A stretch of DNA of 64,000 bases, taken from Candidatus Dormiibacterota bacterium (GTDB taxonomy: Bacteria; Chloroflexota; Dormibacteria; Dormibacterales; Dormibacteraceae). The stretch's first letter is position 1. Each line of letters starts with the position of its first letter. The stretch spans positions 6,831 through 70,830 of the forward strand of contig DATLQT010000108.1 of the NCBI GenBank assembly GCA_035535055.1. Reading direction: 5' to 3'. The position numbers were made by a program, and so were the translations under genes. The notes under the pieces were generated by a model. The model was given only the letters and a program-made list of their open reading frames with translations, had not been told where the DNA came from and did not search any database. This document shows positions 59,464 to 64,000 of the stretch, piece after piece.

Positions 59464-60386
59464 CTCGACAGCGCCTCCAGCGTCGCCTCGTAGCCGGCGC
59501 CCCCGAAGGGCCCGATCACGGGCAGGGTGACGCCCGCCGCGCGGTAGCGTTCGATGGTCGACTTCACCTCGTCCAGGTCGCCGATCCCGGCCAGGGCGGT
59601 GAGGATGGCCTCGTTCGGCTCGTCCGACATGTCGGGGAAGGTCCGGTCGAGCGCCCTCCGGTAGAAGGGCAGCGAGGCATAGCGGGCCGCGATCGGGCGG
59701 AAGGAGTCGAGGCTCGCCCCGCGGTCGGTCGTGAGGCTGACGGGGACGGCGGCCTCGACCTCGAAGCCTTCCATCGACCTGCCCGCCTTCTCCCGGCCCT
59801 TGCGAACGGTCGGCACCACCATCTCCCGGATGTACTCCGGCGCGCACATCCAGAGCGAGACGCCGTCGGCCAGCTCGCCCGCCAGCTCCAGCATCCGCGG
59901 GCTGAGCGCCGAGACGATGATCGGCATGCTCTCGCGGCGCGGCGCGGTGTAGCCGGTATGGGCGGTGAAGTGCTCTCCCGCGAAGCTGACCGAACCGGTC
60001 GTGACGAGCGACCGGACGATGCCGAGGTATTCGCGCATCGCCTCCACCGGGTGGACGAGGCTGAGCCCCCACATGCCCTCCACGGTGACCTGGTGGCTCA
60101 CGCCGAGGCCGAGGCGAAAGCGGCCGCCGGAGATCTCGTCGAGGGTCATCGCCATCTGGGCCATGGCCGTGGGGTGGCGCGTGTAGATGGGGAGAACCGC
60201 GGTGCCGAGGCCGATCCGCTCGGTCGCCGCCGCGTAGGCCGCCAGGACGAGCGCTGTGTCCCGCGCGGGCGGCAGCTGGCTCGACCAGACGGAGTCATAA
60301 CCCAGGTGGTCGGCGAGCCTCGCGCGTTCTACCGATGCGGGCAGCGTGCGGCCGGCGTCGAAGCTGACTCCGAGCCGGCCGGGCAT
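59460..60386 (-). CDS. LLM-class F420-dependent oxidoreductase
   Basis: 308 aa with GYDSVWSSQL...GLGTAVLPIYTRHP...GGRFRLGLGVSH. Confidence 0.85.
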   Translation of the reverse strand: MPGRLGVSFDAGRTLPASVERARLADHLGYDSVWSSQLPPARDTALVLAAYAAATERIGLGTAVLPIYTRHPTAMAQMAMTLDEISGGRFRLGLGVSHQVTVEGMWGLSLVHPVEAMREYLGIVRSLVTTGSVSFAGEHFTAHTGYTAPRRESMPIIVSALSPRMLELAGELADGVSLWMCAPEYIREMVVPTVRKGREKAGRSMEGFEVEAAVPVSLTTDRGASLDSFRPIAARYASLPFYRRALDRTFPDMSDEPNEAILTALAGIGDLDEVKSTIERYRAAGVTLPVIGPFGGAGYEATLEALSS

Positions 60387-60683
60387 TTGGGGAAGGATAG
60401 CCTTTGGGTGTAACCGGATCGCTTCCCGGGCCGTTAAAGCACTTGAGCGATCACACGAGACCTGATAGCGTTGTCATCAGATTTTCAGCCGCCGCCAAGT
60501 CGAGCGGCTACCCTCAGGGAGGACTTCTGGCAGTTGGGACTGGTTCGGCGGACAACTCGCAGCTTCGGCCTCGGTCGGCAGCTGGCGGATTCGGCGGTAG
60601 CGCTCGGGGCGGGAGCGATCGGGCACAGCGCGCGCGCCCTCAGCCGGTTGCGCTTCCAGCTCGACGCGGGGCGGGTGCCCGCG

Positions 60684-62906
60684 ATGCGGCAGCGGCGCCA
60701 GCAGTGGCAGGATGGTCGCCGCTGGCGCGCCACCGCGGCCCGCCGGCGTCGCGGCTGGACCAGCGGTGGCCGCCCGTCCGAGCCGATGGCCGCCCCGGCG
60801 GCGATCATCAGCCTTTTCCTGGTGCTGGCGGTCGCGGTCGGCTCCTTCGTGAGCGCTTCGGCGCTCTGGGTCAAGTACGCGTCGGACCTGCCCGACGCGC
60901 ACACCATCTCCCTCCTGACGCTCCCCCAGGACTCGATCATCCGCGACAGCAGCAATGGCGTGGTCCTGGCCGACATCCACGCCCAGGGCTATCGCCACTA
61001 CGAGCAGCACCTCACCGACATGGGCACGCTGCTGCCGGCGGCGACGATCGCGATCGAGGACACCAACTTCTACACCGAGCCGGGCGTGAACGTCACCGCG
61101 ATCATCCGCGCGGCCTGGGTCGACTACCACGACCATGCGCCGGTCCAGGGCGCCTCGACCATCACCCAGCAGCTGGTGAAGATGCGGCTGACCGGCAACG
61201 AGACCACCCTCGACCGTAAGGCGAAGGAGGCCATCTTGGCCCTCCAAGTTGAGCAGGACTTCACCAAGAACCAGATCCTGGAGATGTACCTCAACACCGC
61301 CTTCTACGGGAACAACTCCTATGGAATCAAGGCGGCGGCCCAGACCTACTTCCACACGGACACCTCCAAGCTCGACCTCGCCCAGGCCTCGATGCTGGCC
61401 GGGATCCCGCAGAACCCGACCTACAACAACCCGCTGGTCAACTGGACGGGGGCCAAGGCGCGGCAGCACGAGGTGCTGGCCGCGATGGTGCGCACCCACC
61501 ACATCACCCAGGACCAGGCGGATCAGGCCTACGCCGAGGACATCAGCGAGCCCAACCACATGTTCAGGGACACCAACGTGGTCAACGCGCCCGGCTTCGT
61601 CGCCTTCGTGGTCGACGAACTGAAGGCCCGGTACGGCGCCGACGCGCCCTACCGGGACGGCTTCAACGTGACCACCACCCTCAACTGGGCCATGCAGCAG
61701 CAGGCCCAGGCCGACATCGCCAACCAGGTCACCAAGTTCCAGGGCTGGGGTGAGAACGTTCAGCAGGGCGCCATGGTGGGGATCGACCCGCGCACTGGTC
61801 AGATCCTGACGATGGTCGGGTCGGCCAACCCGAACGCTGCCGGCGGCCAGTACAACTTCGCCGTCTGGCCGCCCCGCAACCCGGGTTCCTCGATGAAGAT
61901 CTTCAACTACACGTCGGCTATCGCCAGCGGCAAGTACACCATGGTGACGCCGGTCGCCGACACGCCCATCACCTTCCCGGCCGCCCCCGGCCAGGCGCCC
62001 TACCAGCCCCGCAACTACGACGGCAGCTATCACGGGACCTGCCAGCTGCAGGCCTGCTTCCTCAACTCGCTCAACATCCCTGCCGTCAAGGTGGAGGTCT
62101 CCCAGGGCATCGCCAACGTCGTCACCATGGCCCGGGCCATGGGCGCGCCGCCCTGGCGCTGCGCCGACCCTCCTGGCTGCACCAATTTCGTCAACAACGA
62201 CCCCCTCGACAGCTACGGAGCGTCGCTGACGCTGGGCGGCTACGGCGAGACGCCGCTCCAGATGGCCACCGGTGCCTCGGTGCTCGCCGACGGCGGACTG
62301 CTCCGGCAGATCACCTCGGTGGCGTCGATCACCAACTCCGACGGGCAGTCGATCTACAAGGCTGACCCCAGCAACGGGGCCAAGCAGGTGATCGACCCGA
62401 GGGTCGCCTTCATCATGGACCAGATGATGTCCGACGACTCCAACCGGGCGATGATCTTCGGTCGCGGCTCCAATCTCACGCTCCCCGACCGCAAGGTGGC
62501 CTCCAAGACGGGGACGACGGACGACTACCGGGACGGCTGGACGGTCGGGTTCACCCCCTCGCTGGCGACCGCCTTCTGGTTCGGCAACCCCAACTCCACG
62601 CCCATGCCGGTGGGCGCCGAGGCGAGCCAGGTGGCTGCTCCGGTCTGGCACGAGTTCATGCAGTGGGCGACCGACGGACCGCTGCAGGAGCCCACCAACG
62701 ACTGGTTCGCCGAGCCCGCCGGCCTTGACCACTACTACGTCGCGGGCAAGCTCCAGTGGTTCCTGCCGGGCACCAGCCCGAGCACGCAGCCGCCGCCGCT
62801 CCCGCCCGGGGTCGTCTCCAGCTCGCCCCGCGCCCCGCAGCCGGCTTCGCCGCCGCCGGCTCAGCCAGGCAGCGGAGGCGCGGGCAAGCCCGGCAAGAAA
62901 CCCTAG
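60684..62906 (+). CDS. Class A penicillin-binding protein (GT51 transglycosylase + transpeptidase)
   Basis: GT51 motifs IEDTNFYTEPG and GASTITQQLVK. Transpeptidase motifs SSMK, SLN and KTGTT. Arg-rich cytoplasmic tail, one TM segment and a Pro-rich C-terminus. The start is uncertain (TTG 60471, ATG 60684 or ATG 60786). Confidence 0.85.
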   Translation: MRQRRQQWQDGRRWRATAARRRRGWTSGGRPSEPMAAPAAIISLFLVLAVAVGSFVSASALWVKYASDLPDAHTISLLTLPQDSIIRDSSNGVVLADIHAQGYRHYEQHLTDMGTLLPAATIAIEDTNFYTEPGVNVTAIIRAAWVDYHDHAPVQGASTITQQLVKMRLTGNETTLDRKAKEAILALQVEQDFTKNQILEMYLNTAFYGNNSYGIKAAAQTYFHTDTSKLDLAQASMLAGIPQNPTYNNPLVNWTGAKARQHEVLAAMVRTHHITQDQADQAYAEDISEPNHMFRDTNVVNAPGFVAFVVDELKARYGADAPYRDGFNVTTTLNWAMQQQAQADIANQVTKFQGWGENVQQGAMVGIDPRTGQILTMVGSANPNAAGGQYNFAVWPPRNPGSSMKIFNYTSAIASGKYTMVTPVADTPITFPAAPGQAPYQPRNYDGSYHGTCQLQACFLNSLNIPAVKVEVSQGIANVVTMARAMGAPPWRCADPPGCTNFVNNDPLDSYGASLTLGGYGETPLQMATGASVLADGGLLRQITSVASITNSDGQSIYKADPSNGAKQVIDPRVAFIMDQMMSDDSNRAMIFGRGSNLTLPDRKVASKTGTTDDYRDGWTVGFTPSLATAFWFGNPNSTPMPVGAEASQVAAPVWHEFMQWATDGPLQEPTNDWFAEPAGLDHYYVAGKLQWFLPGTSPSTQPPPLPPGVVSSSPRAPQPASPPPAQPGSGGAGKPGKKP

Positions 62907-62931
62907 AACCGCCTCGAGTTTTCTCTGATAG

Positions 62932-62961
62932 GGACGGGCTCAACTTAGGTTGAGCCCGTCC
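62932..62961 (+). terminator. Perfect 13-bp stem hairpin after the PBP gene
   Basis: GGACGGGCTCAAC-ttag-GTTGAGCCCGTCC, 25 nt after the stop codon. No clear U-tract. Confidence 0.5.
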
Positions 62962-63072
62962 TGGCGCAAAAGCGACGATGGGCTTGTAGGCGATCTTTAA
63001 CAAAAATCACTTGTGCGGGGGCGGCTTCGCACCCACAATCCCACACCATAGGGAGGCTGTCACCGAAGGTTA

Positions 63073-63088
63073 GTCAGGTATGCCTGAC
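63073..63088. promoter_or_regulatory. Palindrome upstream of the hspR-like gene (candidate operator)
   Basis: GTCAGG-tatg-CCTGAC, 37 nt upstream of ATG 63125 in a low-GC spacer. Confidence 0.3.
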
Positions 63089-63124
63089 ACGCGGCAGCCA
63101 AGGGAAAGGTAAACAAGACTCGAC

Positions 63125-63493
63125 ATGAAGAGAAAAGACGACGCTTCAGCAACGGCCCTGGCCGTCCCGTCGGCCCGGGACACCAGCATCCACCTCGACA
63201 AGCCGATCTACACGCTGAGCGTTGCCTCCGAGATCCTGGCGACCCACCCGCGGACGCTGATGATGTACGAGCACCTCAACATGATCAAGCCCAAGCGGAC
63301 CGCCACCAACCGGCGCCGCTACTCGCAGCGGGACCTGATGAAGCTGCAGGCCATCCAGCAGCTGACCCGCAAGCACGGCGTCAACCTGGCCGGGGTCCGC
63401 TACATCCTGACGCTGCTAAAGCAGCTCCAGGTGGCCGGGCTAAAGGCGCCCGAGGCGCTGCGCGACCTGGACGTCTCCCAGCTCGACGTCTAG
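63125..63493 (+). CDS. MerR-family heat-shock regulator, HspR-like
   Basis: 122 aa with YTLSVASEILATHPRTLMMYEHLNMIKPKRTATNRRRYSQRDLMKLQAIQQLTRKHGVNLAGVRYIL, which matches the HspR N-terminal HTH pattern. Confidence 0.8.
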   Translation: MKRKDDASATALAVPSARDTSIHLDKPIYTLSVASEILATHPRTLMMYEHLNMIKPKRTATNRRRYSQRDLMKLQAIQQLTRKHGVNLAGVRYILTLLKQLQVAGLKAPEALRDLDVSQLDV

Positions 63494-63514
63494 CCGAAAA
63501 AAAGATCCACTTCG

Positions 63515-63550
63515 ATGGGGCGGCAGAGATGCCGCCCCATTTGCTTTTCT
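63515..63550 (+). terminator. Rho-independent terminator after the hspR-like gene
   Basis: ATGGGGCGGCA-gaga-TGCCGCCCCAT (perfect 11-bp stem) followed by TTGCTTTTCT. Confidence 0.7.
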
Positions 63551-63559
63551 TAGGAGGCC

Positions 63560-63952
63560 TTGTCACGCCCACCCGACTCCCACCTGGACCTCCTTCATCG
63601 CCCGCTCTTCGCGCACCTCGCCACGGTCGGCGAGGATGGGGCGCCCCGCAGCAACCCGATGTGGTTCGCCTACGAGCCGGCCGAGAACCGCGTTCTCCTG
63701 ACGCATCTGCGCACGCGTCACAATTACCGCTTCCTGAAGCTGGAGCCGCGGGTGGCGCTGTCGATCCTCGACCCCGACGACCCCTACCGCTACCTGCAGC
63801 TGCGGGGCGTGATCGAGTCGGAGCAGGCCGACCCCGAGGGTGACTTCTACAACCGTCTCCAGCAGCGCTATCGCGGCCGGACGGCGGAGGTGAAGGACCG
63901 GGCCGAGCGCGTCGTTCTGGCGGTGCGCCCGACCGCCTGGAAGGGCCGCTAG
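63560..63952 (+). CDS. PPOX-class (pyridoxamine 5'-phosphate oxidase-like) probable F420-dependent enzyme
   Basis: 130 aa with LLHRPLFAHLATVGEDGAPRSNPMWF...LQLRG. TTG start with an unusually close GGAGG, so the start is uncertain. Confidence 0.75.
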   Translation: MSRPPDSHLDLLHRPLFAHLATVGEDGAPRSNPMWFAYEPAENRVLLTHLRTRHNYRFLKLEPRVALSILDPDDPYRYLQLRGVIESEQADPEGDFYNRLQQRYRGRTAEVKDRAERVVLAVRPTAWKGR

Positions 63953-64000
63953 AGGGCCGTTCCCATCCGCGCAGCCCAGCGATCGGGGTGCTGCAGCTCG

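Noticed and set aside
62911-63124. A HAIR (CTTGAGT-N7-ACTCAAG) or CIRCE element upstream of the hspR-like gene.
   Set aside because: Only a partial half-site is present (CTCGAGT). The CTCAAC/GTTGAG arms are everted relative to HAIR and form a terminator-like hairpin for the PBP gene.

Overview
This is a 64-kb, very GC-rich (roughly 70%) and densely coding chromosomal window. I call about 68 protein genes. I found no rRNA, tRNA, CRISPR array, transposase or integrase. Several features point to a monoderm, F420-using, high-GC bacterium (Actinomycetota-like, possibly Chloroflexota or a related lineage): a sortase with its substrate, an RND pump without an adaptor protein, the coproporphyrin-dependent heme pathway with ChdC/HemQ, several F420-type LLM/PPOX enzymes, a mycothiol-type DinB/MDMPI protein, and frequent GTG/TTG starts with 4-nt start/stop overlaps. 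Main content, left to right: (1) a sortase operon (DUF3494 surface protein, sortase, small helical protein, receiver-less OmpR-type regulator); (2) stress and redox genes (YggT, frameshifted GlsB, nitroreductase, Zn-ADH); (3) MarR-MFS; (4) a beta-lactamase-like hydrolase and YceI; (5) an LLM-hemerythrin fusion; (6) PPK2, an LLM, a class V aminotransferase and a PAT-like GNAT; (7) a deletion scar with head-to-head ABC-permease and ROK fragments; (8) amt without glnK; (9) a MarR-RND-LUD operon; (10) two orphan Flp pilin genes flanking a two-component system, a GT-C glycosyltransferase and dinB with an SOS-box-like site; (11) a nine-gene translationally chained heme operon (HTH regulator-hemA-hemC-hemD-hemB-chdC-hemL-hemE-hemH); (12) a Dph6-like/PaaK-like/citryl-CoA-lyase-like operon; (13) an MhqO/MhqD-like aromatic ring-cleavage set; (14) a MetE-like protein, DksA/TraR and a large GGDEF-EAL protein; (15) an HMG-CoA/methylcrotonyl-CoA cluster; (16) CAX and MntP ion transporters; (17) PBP1A and an orphan HspR-like regulator. 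I found no clear defence or mobile system. The most unusual items are: an unassigned ~60-aa helical module in three paralogous copies, one fused to a wHTH domain inside the sortase operon; the orphan inverted Flp pair; the HTH-coupled heme operon with a short HemA and no CgoX; and the ligase/lyase trio. All family assignments come from motif recognition by eye. No searches were run.
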